Shown here in pieces: positions 48,613 through 59,000 of a stretch of 64,000 bases of DNA; position 1 is the stretch's first letter; each line of letters starts with the position of its first letter. The notes beneath the pieces are model-generated. The model ran no database searches and was not told the origin of the DNA. It was given only the letters and a program-made list of their open reading frames with translations. Source of the DNA: Obrimoposthia wandeli (lineage: Eukaryota). The translations under genes were made by a program, and so were the position numbers. The stretch covers positions 1 through 64,000 of the forward strand of contig CDROCS010006344.1 of the NCBI GenBank assembly GCA_977020255.1, read 5' to 3'.

Positions 48613-49669
48613 TGACGTATTACGAGATCTTGATGGCCGTCGTGAGTTACCAGAGCATGGGCTTTCCTTTCCTGGCTTAATCAGTAATAAAGAGATAGGC
48701 ATTAAAAAACCTTATCAAGGTATTCTTTTGCTCATCAGTTTTATTCTAGTCGTCATATTAAGTGTTCAGTTGATCTATAAAAAACCAATCTCTCAAGTTT
48801 TTTCTACGGCTATCATTTCAGATTCAAAAAATGAACTCAACGTAATGAACTCTGCAAGTATTTTGTCTAATACAACTCCGCCAGATGCTGAGGCTATCGA
48901 CTCCATCGCTATAGAGAAGCCTATTGAGACTGTTGATACTGTTGATACTGTTGAAGCGAAAGATGCTCCGGATTTAGATATTGTTCTGCCTAATCATATT
49001 GATTATAGCGCCGGCCTTGCAGATGCAGGGGTAGAAGAGAAACAATTGCCGAAAGTAACCTTTCAGAAAGAAACAGTACAGAGCGAAATGTCAGTAGCTC
49101 TGCCTAGTCTCGAACAAAAGACCTCCATCGGGCTTAAGCGTTTCAATGAGCATGTTGTAGAAATAACCAAAATTAGCATTGCAGGTGATTTTAATTATCA
49201 GCAGGCAATCAAAGAATACAAGCAACAGCGATACTCGGCCGCGTTACTTAGTATTGATTCAGCGATTAGAGAAAGTCAGGATGAAAAATATCAAGTATTT
49301 AAAGCAAGAATCTTATTGAAGAAAAATGATGATCTAGGTTTTCTGAATTTTATACAACAACAGCCTAAAAACTCCAGCCTGAATTGGTTTCAATTAGTCG
49401 CTCCTGGACTCCAGCTATTTTCATATTATGAGCTTTCTAATCAATATTATTTACAGCTTATTGAGAAACAACCTAAAAATATAAAATGGCCACTGGCTAT
49501 GGCTTTGAATTACACGAAGCTGAATGAGATAGATAAAACGCATGATATATATCAGTCACTCTTAAAGTCTTCATTATTATCAATGAAACAAAAAAAGTGG
49601 GTTCTTTCTCAAGTTCAGAATATGGACGGGTCGTTGAATAACAAAGAAGGTCATCGCTATGGAAGCTAA
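48599..49669 (+). CDS. mshN: MSHA biogenesis protein MshN (TPR-like)
   Basis: MSLVNDVLRDLD start, TM helix, C-terminal TPR-like helices; lies between mshM and mshE. Confidence 0.75.
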   Translation: MSLVNDVLRDLDGRRELPEHGLSFPGLISNKEIGIKKPYQGILLLISFILVVILSVQLIYKKPISQVFSTAIISDSKNELNVMNSASILSNTTPPDAEAIDSIAIEKPIETVDTVDTVEAKDAPDLDIVLPNHIDYSAGLADAGVEEKQLPKVTFQKETVQSEMSVALPSLEQKTSIGLKRFNEHVVEITKISIAGDFNYQQAIKEYKQQRYSAALLSIDSAIRESQDEKYQVFKARILLKKNDDLGFLNFIQQQPKNSSLNWFQLVAPGLQLFSYYELSNQYYLQLIEKQPKNIKWPLAMALNYTKLNEIDKTHDIYQSLLKSSLLSMKQKKWVLSQVQNMDGSLNNKEGHRYGS

Positions 49670-51365
49670 AAGAAAAGTCCGCGTTGGCGATTTACTCGTT
49701 GAAAAATCATTAATTACTGAGCCTCAGTTGATGGAGGCTTTAGCGGAACAAAAGCGTACAGGAAAAAAGATTGGACGTGTATTAACCGATTTGAATTTTG
49801 TTTCGGAAGACAAATTGTTAATGTGCTTGGCTGATTACTTTCATTACCCTTATATCGATTTGAATCGTTATCGTATCGAAGCAGAAGTCGTACGAATATT
49901 ACCAGAGGTTTCTGCGCGCCGTTATCGTTGTATTGTCCTTGATGAGCAAGCAGAGGGACTGCTTGTCGGTATGTCTGATCCTACCGACTTAATGGTAATC
50001 GATGACTTACAGCGTCAGCTTAAGCGCCCAGTATTACCGGCTTTTATCTCAGAAGATATGTTATTAACGACGTTAGATAGTATCTACCGACGTCAAGATG
50101 AAATTGCTTCGATTGCGGGCGAACTTGAAGGCGAGCTTTCTGAAAGCGATTTTGATATTACCGCATTGGCGTCAGGGAGTGATAGTAGTGAAGCCCCTGT
50201 TGTTCGATTACTGCAAAGTATTTTTGAGGATGCAGTACAAGTAAAAGCATCGGATATTCATATTGAACCTGAAGAATCGCAATTGCGCATACGAATGCGG
50301 ATTGATGGCGACTTGCAAGAGCAAGTGATGAAAGAGCGACGAATTGCTTCTGCCCTGGTATCGCGTTTGAAGATTATGTCTGGTTTAGATATTTCAGAAA
50401 AGCGAATTCCTCAAGATGGTCGCTTTAATATACGCGTTAAAAATAAAAGTATTGATGTACGTTTATCCACAATGCCCGTTCAGTTTGGTGAATCTGTTGT
50501 AATGCGTTTGTTAGATCAAAGTGGAGGCATTCTAAATTTAGACTCTTTAGGCATGCCAAAAAATATTCAAGATCGTTTTAATTATTTGGTTGAGCGACCA
50601 CATGGAATGGTATTGGTAACAGGGCCTACCGGTAGTGGTAAAACAACCAGTCTATATGCTGCCCTGAATATCCTTAATACCAAAGAACGTAAAATTATTA
50701 CGGCAGAAGACCCGATTGAGTATCGTTTACCTCGTATTAATCAGGTACAAGTGAATCCTAAAGTAGGGTTGGAATTCTCGACCGTTCTTCGCGCGGCACT
50801 ACGACAAGATCCCGATGTGATTCTTGTTGGGGAAATGCGTGACCATGAAACTGCAGAAATCGGTTTGCGCGCGGCAATGACAGGGCACATGGTTTTATCC
50901 ACCTTGCATACCAATGACGCGATCTCAACCGCGATGCGCTTATTGGATATGGGCGTAGATAATTATTTGGTGGCCTCTTCTTTACGCGCAGTAATGGCGC
51001 AACGATTAGTAAAGCGTTTATGTGATCATTGCCAAGACGTGTATAAACCCGATGAGCAAGAAAATACTTGGTTATTATCAATGCAGGCCGACGCCTGTAA
51101 TTTAGAGTATAAAAAGGGCAGAGGTTGTCACCATTGCAATAATACCGGTTATAGCGGTCGTATTGGTGTTTATGAGTTATTAGAGATGGACCAAGCAATG
51201 ATCACGGCTATGCGAGAGAATTCTGCGGAAGGTTTTGCTCAGGCTGCACAAGCACATCCTAGGTTTAGGCCACTCGCATTATGCGCGCTGGATTATGCTC
51301 AAGAAGGCGTGACCTCATTAGAAGAAGTTTTTCGTGTGAGTGCCAGTCTAGGCGACGGTGGTTGA
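49659..51365 (+). CDS. mshE: MSHA assembly ATPase with N-terminal MshEN-type domain
   Basis: RVGDLL...QL-x2-AL-x2-Q MshEN-like motif, GPTGSGKT, LRQDPD, GHMVLSTLHTND and Zn CxxC pairs. Confidence 0.95.
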   Translation: MEAKRKVRVGDLLVEKSLITEPQLMEALAEQKRTGKKIGRVLTDLNFVSEDKLLMCLADYFHYPYIDLNRYRIEAEVVRILPEVSARRYRCIVLDEQAEGLLVGMSDPTDLMVIDDLQRQLKRPVLPAFISEDMLLTTLDSIYRRQDEIASIAGELEGELSESDFDITALASGSDSSEAPVVRLLQSIFEDAVQVKASDIHIEPEESQLRIRMRIDGDLQEQVMKERRIASALVSRLKIMSGLDISEKRIPQDGRFNIRVKNKSIDVRLSTMPVQFGESVVMRLLDQSGGILNLDSLGMPKNIQDRFNYLVERPHGMVLVTGPTGSGKTTSLYAALNILNTKERKIITAEDPIEYRLPRINQVQVNPKVGLEFSTVLRAALRQDPDVILVGEMRDHETAEIGLRAAMTGHMVLSTLHTNDAISTAMRLLDMGVDNYLVASSLRAVMAQRLVKRLCDHCQDVYKPDEQENTWLLSMQADACNLEYKKGRGCHHCNNTGYSGRIGVYELLEMDQAMITAMRENSAEGFAQAAQAHPRFRPLALCALDYAQEGVTSLEEVFRVSASLGDGG

Positions 51366-51366
51366 T

Positions 51367-52587
51367 ATGCCAGATTATGAATATACCGGTCGCGATAGCG
51401 GTGGTCAGAAAATTACAGGGCTATTAGTGGCAAGCAATCAAGCTGCTGCTATGAGCCAGCTACAAACTAAGAAAATTATTATTACAAGCATTACAGAAGC
51501 GACGGTTGAAAAAAAATCAATTGATTTTTCTTTTTCGGTTAAGAAAAAAATAACGTTAGATGATCAAGTATTATTAACCCGCCAGCTTTACGCATTAACA
51601 AAAGCCGGTATTCCTATTATACGAGCGCTTAACGGCCTAGCGGAATCAACGGATCATCCGCGATTAGCGGAAGTATTAAATTCAGTTGCGGAATCTCTTA
51701 CGTCCGGGTCTGAATTAGCTACGGCGTTTCGACAGTTTCCTAAAATATTCTCTCCTATTTTTGTCAGTATGATTCATGTCGGTGAAAATACAGGGCGGCT
51801 TGATTTGGCCTTCCAAAAATTAACCGCTCATCTTGAATTAGAACGAGAAACAAAAAAAAGAATTAAGTCAGCGACTCGCTATCCCTTATTTGTTGTCTCC
51901 GCAATCACGCTCGCAATGACTATCATTAACGTGATGGTTATACCGAGTTTTGCCAGTGTCTTTGCAAAAATGGGTGCTGATTTACCTGTTGCGACTAAAA
52001 TATTAATAGCGAGCTCTGAATTCACAATTAACTATTGGTGGTTAATCTTGATAGTTACCGTAGGGGGAGGATTTGCTTGGTTACGGTTTATTAAAACACC
52101 TGAGGGACATTTATGGTGGGATACCAAAAAATTGCGACTGCCATTATTTGGTTCTCTTTTTAAGAGAATTGCTTTGTCTCGATTTTCTCGTTCTTTTTCA
52201 ATGATGCTGGCTTCAGGCGTGCCCATTTTAAAGGCGCTGTCGATTGTCGCAGAAAGTGTCGGCAACAAATCCATCGGTGTTGCTGTTGAAGATATGTCTC
52301 GGGGTATAGAGCGCGGCGAACGCTTAACCAGTACCGCTGCTGCGACAGGGTTATTCACGCCCTTGGTCTTACAAATGATGGCGGTGGGTGAAGAGACAGG
52401 TGCTGTGGATACGTTACTTGATGACGTGGCTGATTTTTATGAAGAAGAAATTGATTATGAATTGAAGCAGCTTGCAGACTCAATAGAGCCTATCTTGCTG
52501 GTGTTTTTAGGGGGACTTGTCCTGGTCTTAGCGCTAGGTGTTTTCTTGCCCATCTGGGATCTAAGCGGCGCGATGGGAGCTAAGTGA
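51367..52587 (+). CDS. mshG: MSHA inner-membrane platform protein (PilC/GspF family)
   Basis: LTKAGIPI, GENTGRLD, MMAVGEETG and EPILL motifs. The ORF-track start is GTG at 51358. Confidence 0.93.
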   Translation: MPDYEYTGRDSGGQKITGLLVASNQAAAMSQLQTKKIIITSITEATVEKKSIDFSFSVKKKITLDDQVLLTRQLYALTKAGIPIIRALNGLAESTDHPRLAEVLNSVAESLTSGSELATAFRQFPKIFSPIFVSMIHVGENTGRLDLAFQKLTAHLELERETKKRIKSATRYPLFVVSAITLAMTIINVMVIPSFASVFAKMGADLPVATKILIASSEFTINYWWLILIVTVGGGFAWLRFIKTPEGHLWWDTKKLRLPLFGSLFKRIALSRFSRSFSMMLASGVPILKALSIVAESVGNKSIGVAVEDMSRGIERGERLTSTAAATGLFTPLVLQMMAVGEETGAVDTLLDDVADFYEEEIDYELKQLADSIEPILLVFLGGLVLVLALGVFLPIWDLSGAMGAK

Positions 52588-53213
52588 TGGGGATGTTGAT
52601 TTTTGTATCGTTTCGTAACGATGATAGGAAATCGGTAGCATCCTTGACTAGAATTAGAAGTAAGAGGTTATTTAATAAGGCTGGGTTTAGTTTATTAGAG
52701 TTTGCTCTGGTACTGATGATCATATCGGCCTTAGTGGCTATCTTGATACCCAAGATTAACCACTTACAAGATGAAGCTCATTATACCAGTGTGCAGTTGA
52801 CCGCTAACTCATTGCAAACGGCCGTGAGATCAACTCATAGCTTATGGCAGTTGCAAGGATCAAATAGTAAGACTGACTTACTCAAAGGCTATGGAAGCGG
52901 GAATATACTGATAGGCAAGAAAGGCTGGCCAATTGATGCTATTGAAATGAATGATCAAGATTTGACAATAGCAACCGTTCGCTTCGCTCAAGATGACTCA
53001 ACCTGTATAAGGCTATGGAATGGCTTGTTAAAAGATTCGGCACCTAACGTGGGGCTGAAAATTGAGAAAGATAATATCGATTCGAATGAACTTGAATTTA
53101 TATATTTTACTCAATTAATAAGCGGCACTTGCCGTTATCGCTATCATCTTAATAAAGATGATTTGCAAATAAATTATGATCTGGCAACAGGTCGAGTTAT
53201 TACCTTATTTTGA
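52584..53213 (+). CDS. mshB: MSHA minor prepilin (MshB-like)
   Basis: Type III signal GFSLLEF, KGWP and CIRLWNGLL; directly upstream of the major pilin. Start is uncertain. Confidence 0.6.
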   Translation: MMGMLIFVSFRNDDRKSVASLTRIRSKRLFNKAGFSLLEFALVLMIISALVAILIPKINHLQDEAHYTSVQLTANSLQTAVRSTHSLWQLQGSNSKTDLLKGYGSGNILIGKKGWPIDAIEMNDQDLTIATVRFAQDDSTCIRLWNGLLKDSAPNVGLKIEKDNIDSNELEFIYFTQLISGTCRYRYHLNKDDLQINYDLATGRVITLF

Positions 53214-53245
53214 TGACTTTGATAAATTAAAAGTAGGAGCGATCT

Positions 53246-53710
53246 ATGAGAAAGATCAACAAACAAGCTGGTTTTACATTAATTGAATTAATTATGGTTA
53301 TTGTGATTTTAGGGGTGCTATCCGCATTCGCTTTGCCACGATTTGCAGACCTTGGTGGGCAAGCAAGAATCGCCACAATTAATGGCGCAGGGGGAGCGAT
53401 GAAAGCGGCGGCGAATATTGCGCATGCTCAGCAGCTTGCGAATGGGGCAAGTGGCAGCACAGCTGTTTCACTTGAAGGCGTTAGTATATCTATGGCAAAT
53501 GGCTATCCTGATTTAGCAGGAATTATGATTGCTGCTCAGATCACAACTGGTGATTTCGACATATCTGGCGGCCAAGTTTCAGTGAAGGGAGTGGCAACGG
53601 CCGCAGACTGTTCTGTAACCTATGTCGAGGCGACAGCAGCAGTAGGAGGCGCGACTCCGGCTGATGCAACTGCAGCAACGGTCGGTGCGGCTTCTACTGG
53701 CGGCTGCTAG
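53246..53710 (+). CDS. mshA: MSHA major pilin
   Basis: GFTLIELIMVIVILGVLSAFALPRF, NGYP, C-terminal Cys pair; 154 aa. Confidence 0.88.
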   Translation: MRKINKQAGFTLIELIMVIVILGVLSAFALPRFADLGGQARIATINGAGGAMKAAANIAHAQQLANGASGSTAVSLEGVSISMANGYPDLAGIMIAAQITTGDFDISGGQVSVKGVATAADCSVTYVEATAAVGGATPADATAATVGAASTGGC

Positions 53711-53741
53711 AACAGCTAGACATGTTTGATACTAATTAAAT

Positions 53742-54233
53742 ATGGATATTAAACATAAGCAAAAGGGTTTCACTCTCATTGAATTAATTATGGTAATTAT
53801 TTTACTGGGGGTGCTGTCTGCTTTTGCTATGTCCAGATTTTCATCTGGACAATCCTATTCTTCAGTCATTGTAAAAAATCAATTATTAGCAGCGCTACGA
53901 CTTTCGCAACAAACCGCTCTATCAAGATCCTCATCGGGTGCCAACGTATTATTGACTCTTACCTCCTCGGCAGGAAATTGGTCATTTGTCACTTCAGGTG
54001 GTGGCGGCAGAAGTTTTGACAGTAACATCGAAAAAGGGACCGAAAATATTCGTTTTGGAACTAACTTTACCGCCGCGTGTTCTACCTTATCAGCACTGCC
54101 AATAACTATTTCTTTTGATGGTGATGGTAATCGAATCCCCCAATCCAATTTAAGAATGTGCATAGACTCAGATACCGTTTATGAACTTTGCATCAGTTCT
54201 TCGGGTTACGCTTATGAAGGGGCTTGTTTATGA
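53742..54233 (+). CDS. mshC: MSHA minor pilin MshC
   Basis: GFTLIEL signal, LRLSQQTAL and ISFDGDG. Confidence 0.8.
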   Translation: MDIKHKQKGFTLIELIMVIILLGVLSAFAMSRFSSGQSYSSVIVKNQLLAALRLSQQTALSRSSSGANVLLTLTSSAGNWSFVTSGGGGRSFDSNIEKGTENIRFGTNFTAACSTLSALPITISFDGDGNRIPQSNLRMCIDSDTVYELCISSSGYAYEGACL

Positions 54234-54739
54234 CAGGTTTATATAGCAATTACTCAAAGAGAGCACAGGGTTTTAGTTTAATAGAACTGGTCATAACTAT
54301 TGTAATTATTAGCATCGCATTAACCGCTCTTTCTAGTAGTTTATTTTCTGCTGTCGGGCGTAATGCTGATCCATTGTGGCAAGCGAAAGCAACGCATCTT
54401 GCGCAAGCGTATCTCGATGAAATATTAGCCATGCGATATGCCGAAACTTCCCCACTAGGGGGCGGCAGTATTTTAAGTTGTAATATCGATGGGACGGAAG
54501 CATTAGAAACAAGTCGAAGTCTTTTTGATGATGTTGACGATTATGATGGTCTGACTGAAACCGCCGATTTTCTAGATGCAAGTGCAACGTCTAATTACAC
54601 AGGCTATAGCATTGTCATTGAAGTGACTTGTGTTGGCCCAACAAACGCCGGTTCAACCAGCAGCAAATTAATTGCAATAACGATTACTTCCCCAACCAGT
54701 CAAACGTTAGTCTTTTCTGCATTTAGGGCTGATTTATGA
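54224..54739 (+). CDS. mshD: MSHA minor pilin MshD
   Basis: GFSLIEL signal, AQAYLDEIL and FDDVDDYDG. Confidence 0.85.
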   Translation: MFMTGLYSNYSKRAQGFSLIELVITIVIISIALTALSSSLFSAVGRNADPLWQAKATHLAQAYLDEILAMRYAETSPLGGGSILSCNIDGTEALETSRSLFDDVDDYDGLTETADFLDASATSNYTGYSIVIEVTCVGPTNAGSTSSKLIAITITSPTSQTLVFSAFRADL

Positions 54740-55584
54740 AAGGATTTAATATTCAGCATCAGCCTATGGGTTTTACCCTTATTGAATTCATTATGGTTAT
54801 TGTCGTATTAGGCATAATCTCTTTAGGCAGTATTGGTTTTATTTCTAACTCTGCACAGGGGCTTGTTGATACTGCAGAACGTCAAGCACTTGCGAGCAGC
54901 GCAACAATTGCGGTAGAAAAAGTATTACGAGAAGTGCGCCGTGCTTTACCAAATAGCGTTCGTACATTTTCTGATGGAGGAAATGAATGTATAGAACTAG
55001 TCCCCATACTTCATAGTTCAGAATATGTATCGATACCCATCGCCAGTGCCGCGACTAGCTTTAAGAGTATTAAGTTTTTCGGCGCGACAGGGACTGAATC
55101 AGGTTTTGTTGCAGTTTATCCTACGAGTATAGATTCTGTTTATGGTACTAGTAGCCCAGCGATCGTTAGAGCAATTTCGAGTACGACTGCCTTAGCAGGT
55201 ACTGTTGGTATTGGTGCCGATTTAAATTTACAAGAGCTTACGTTTACTGCGGCATCTACGTATCGATTTCCAACAGGATCACCGCGTAAACGTTTTTTTT
55301 TAGTCGATCCACCGATCAGTTTTTGTGATGATGCGGATGGTCGTCTATGGCGTTATCAGAATTATGGTTTTCAGGTGAGCAGTGCCAGTAGTATTCCAAC
55401 AACGGGAACGAATCGTATTCTAATCGCAGACTCTCTGAAAGTAGGCAGTTTGAAATTTAATGTTACCCCTGCACAGTTACAGCGTAATGCGGTAGTAAGT
55501 ATGAGTTTAATTATTGAGCGAGCTGCTTTATCAGCAGAACAAGTGGATATCAGTCAAGAGGTGCAGTTACGCAATGTTCCTTAA
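54736..55584 (+). CDS. mshO: MSHA minor pilin MshO
   Basis: GFTLIEF signal, REVRRALPNSVR, CIELVPI and EVQLRNVP. Confidence 0.9.
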   Translation: MKGFNIQHQPMGFTLIEFIMVIVVLGIISLGSIGFISNSAQGLVDTAERQALASSATIAVEKVLREVRRALPNSVRTFSDGGNECIELVPILHSSEYVSIPIASAATSFKSIKFFGATGTESGFVAVYPTSIDSVYGTSSPAIVRAISSTTALAGTVGIGADLNLQELTFTAASTYRFPTGSPRKRFFLVDPPISFCDDADGRLWRYQNYGFQVSSASSIPTTGTNRILIADSLKVGSLKFNVTPAQLQRNAVVSMSLIIERAALSAEQVDISQEVQLRNVP

Positions 55585-56021
55585 TTTCGTGTTTAAGAAA
55601 ACTATGACAAGGTCACTCAGTTCAACGTCGCTTGTTTCAAAATCAATGCTTTCAAAACAGGCAGGGCTAGGTTTGCCTGTCGCTATTTTTGTGATCACTA
55701 TCATGAGTATGGTGGCCGTTGCCGTTAACCAATTAAATGAAGCATCAAGCCAAACCTTTAGCCAAAACTTACTATCGAGTCGTGCATTTTATGCTGCAGA
55801 AAGTGGTGCCCAGTTACGCGCAAGCTGTTCTATCAGCCGCCCCCTGTAGTTGTGGTGCCAATGCTAACTATGATTTTACAGTTACGGGATTAAATGCATG
55901 CCGTGCGGTGACCAGTTGTGACGAATTTATCGCGAGTGGATCAACGTTTTGCACGATAACCAGTATTGGCAGTTGTGATAATACAAATGCACAAAGAGCA
56001 GTTGAAGTTAGGGTGAAATGA
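55574..56021 (+). pseudogene. mshP: MSHA minor pilin MshP, split by a frameshift near 55811-55825
   Basis: The N-half (QAGLGLPVAIFV...RAFYAAESGAQ) ends at a stop at 55849. The C-half (...ITSIGSC...RAVEVRVK) is in the next frame and ends at 56021. Confidence 0.8.
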
Positions 56022-56022
56022 T

Positions 56023-59000
56023 ATGAATACTCTTAGGAAGCTGTTGATCTACAATATTATATTCTTATTGCTCTCTCCAATAGTTCATGCCAGTTACAGT
56101 ATGACCGAGTTGGTAGCTTCTCCATTGGACATTCCGGATACCGTTAATACAGTCGCTTGGGATAATACGGATACGGGTTTTCCAAATGATGATGATAAGC
56201 AAACTGTTGCTATTGGATTTCCCTTTCAATTTGATAATATACTTTATAATGATGTAACTATTTTAACTAACGGGATATTAAAGTTTGGTGCGATTGAGCG
56301 CATGCACCGAGATTATAGAAACGAAGCATTGGCGACAGACGAGGGCGATAGAATTGTTGCAATTTACTGGGACGATCTAGTTGATGATGGTGATTCTTCA
56401 GTAACTTACGGGAGTCTAGGCACAAGTCCAAATAGAAGGTTTGTGGTTAATTGGACAAATGTAAAAGCATATTCCAATAATTTGAGATATGACTTTCAAG
56501 TGGTGTTGTATGAAAATGGTGATATCCGTTATCGATATAATAATAATACCTCGAATGGACAAAGCGCTACGATCGGGTTGGAAATTGATGATAGCGACGT
56601 TGTTCAATACTCTTACAATCAAAACAGTATAGAAGTAAGCTTTGATTTACTGTTTAGAAATTTGTTATTAGCGCTTCCTGCCCCTGTTGCTCAATATCGA
56701 TTTGATGAAGTCTCTTGGGATAGTACGGTTGATGAAGTAGCAGACTCTTCATTGAACGCAATTCACGGGCAATCTTTCTTGGGGGCCGAAACAGCAAACT
56801 TAGCTCCTGCTTTAGGTTCCAATATAGGAACCTGTAATTATGGCGAATTTGACGGGGCTAATGATTATGTTGAAATTTCTGATAATGCTATTTTAGATTT
56901 TTCAGATAATTTTTCAGTGGGTGCTTGGGTTAAAATAGATACTATTCCTACTTCTGATTTAAGAACTATTTTATCGAAAGATGAGAATTATGAATTTCAT
57001 GTGAATTCAAGTGGCAGAATATTTTGGTGGTGGAAGACCGCGGGTTCAAATGCTGTTAGGAGTCTGACTTCAACGTCCAGTATTGTTGCTGGCAATTGGA
57101 CTCACATTGTTATTAGTTATGTTGCCGGCAGTCAAAAGATTTATATGGATGGTATTGAATCGGGAAGTGCGGTTTATCCTGAGAATACAGCAACAAATTC
57201 TGACCCTGTGCAAATAGCATCCGATCAAAACTCCGGGGGACGATATTTCAAGGGAAATATCGATGAGGTTAATATTTTCAATCAAGCCTTAAGCGCGAAT
57301 CAATCGCGTGAATTGATGGAGATAACTCGCCCCTGTTCATCAATAAATTTATGTGTAAGTAGCTTCCCTGATGGATTAAATAGTCATAACAATGGAACAA
57401 TTACGTTTGGGCGAGATGCACAATTATTTTTTAGTCCCGATGATTTGTTAGATGCCAACTCCGTCGTATTGGATGGAGCCTCAAGTGATCGTAGTTGTGT
57501 TTCTGCAGAATGTCAGGCCAACGGACTGGCCTCAGATATTACTTCGCCTCCTGTATTTCCTACGACGGGTGGTTCTGGCAATAATATAAATATTGGTAAT
57601 AATAGCTCTGGAGCGAGTGACCCTGTAATCAATCAGTATGATCAAATTGATGTTGGTAATGGATCTGTATTCACCGTAACGGGAAGTTTTTCTGATTATT
57701 ATATTGATATTTTAGCCATTGGTAATAATACAGAGTTAGAGCTTTTACCTGGAAATTATTGGATAAGAAACTTAGATACAGGAGCAACGAATAACCCTAA
57801 TTCAGGTTTGGAAGTTCGAGTTGTCGGAAGTGGAACTGCGAGAATTTATATTAACGATAATGTTATTCTAGGGCAATCTTTCTTAGCTAACTCGCCATCG
57901 CAAGGAAATCAAGGAGATCCGAGTCAGTTAATGTTGTATAGCTATAGTAATATCACTATTGAACGGGACTCAACGGTAAGTGGTATTGTTTATGCCGCTG
58001 GGGATGTTGATGTTGAACGGGATGGTAATATTTATGGCGCTATCGCGGGTGACAATATTTCTTTGGGCCGTTTAACGAATGTGTTTTATAACCCTAATGC
58101 AACGGCCGAACTAGACTATGGCGATTTATGCGAAAGTGCGAGCTGTGTTTTGGGAAGTTTTAACATTGCTCAGCCAACGTATGCATTAGCTTGCCCAGGA
58201 ACTCGGACAGAAATATCCATTCAGGCGATGTGTGATGATGGGACGTCAGTAAAAGAGGATTATGCAGGAACTGTTGGCATTAGCAGTAATGAAAATACGC
58301 TCAGTGAATTTTATGCCACTTTATCATCAGTGCCGACGATTAATTCTATTGTCTTTGATGGCTCAGAAACAGGGATTAAAGACGTCTTCCTTTTTCATCA
58401 GAACGAAAACTCTGACTTAAAAGTAAGCGCAACGGATTCGGTCGAATCAGTCACTAGCATTTCGACGAATGCTACAGATTTTAGAACTGAGGGTTTTGCG
58501 ATAACAAGCCCCTCCTCATTTATTTGTGGCGGCAGTAGCAGCATGACTTTAACGGCGATTGGAGAAGATGCTACTGGCGCGACATGCCAGACTTTAACGG
58601 GATTTTCAGGACTGAAGAGTGTTAAATCGTGGTATGAAGTGAATATCAATGCCGTAGCTGGGGCTGACCCTGTAGCCACCAATTTATCCATCGCAAGCCA
58701 ACTTACAAATGCACAAACTGAACCTGTCGCTAACAATGTCGATCTCACTTTTAGTAATGGTATTGCAAGCATTGGAATCGCTTATGCGAATGCGGGACAA
58801 ATACTAGGTATTAATTTTAAGCATGATGATGCTCCTTACGATGGCAGTATTCCTGAGTTAGCCGGTGCGGATTTATCCGGTAGTAGCGGATCTTTTATAG
58901 TTTCTCCTGAGAAAATAAACCTTATTGTTGATACCGCGAATGGACTCTGCACATCTGCTGATCCAACTGACCTAGCCTGTACAAAGCTGGTGCCCGCGGG

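Noticed and set aside
48929-48954. 9-bp tandem repeat ACTGTTGAT in mshN
   Set aside because: It is in-frame (TVD-TVD-TVE) within a low-complexity linker and cannot cause phase variation.
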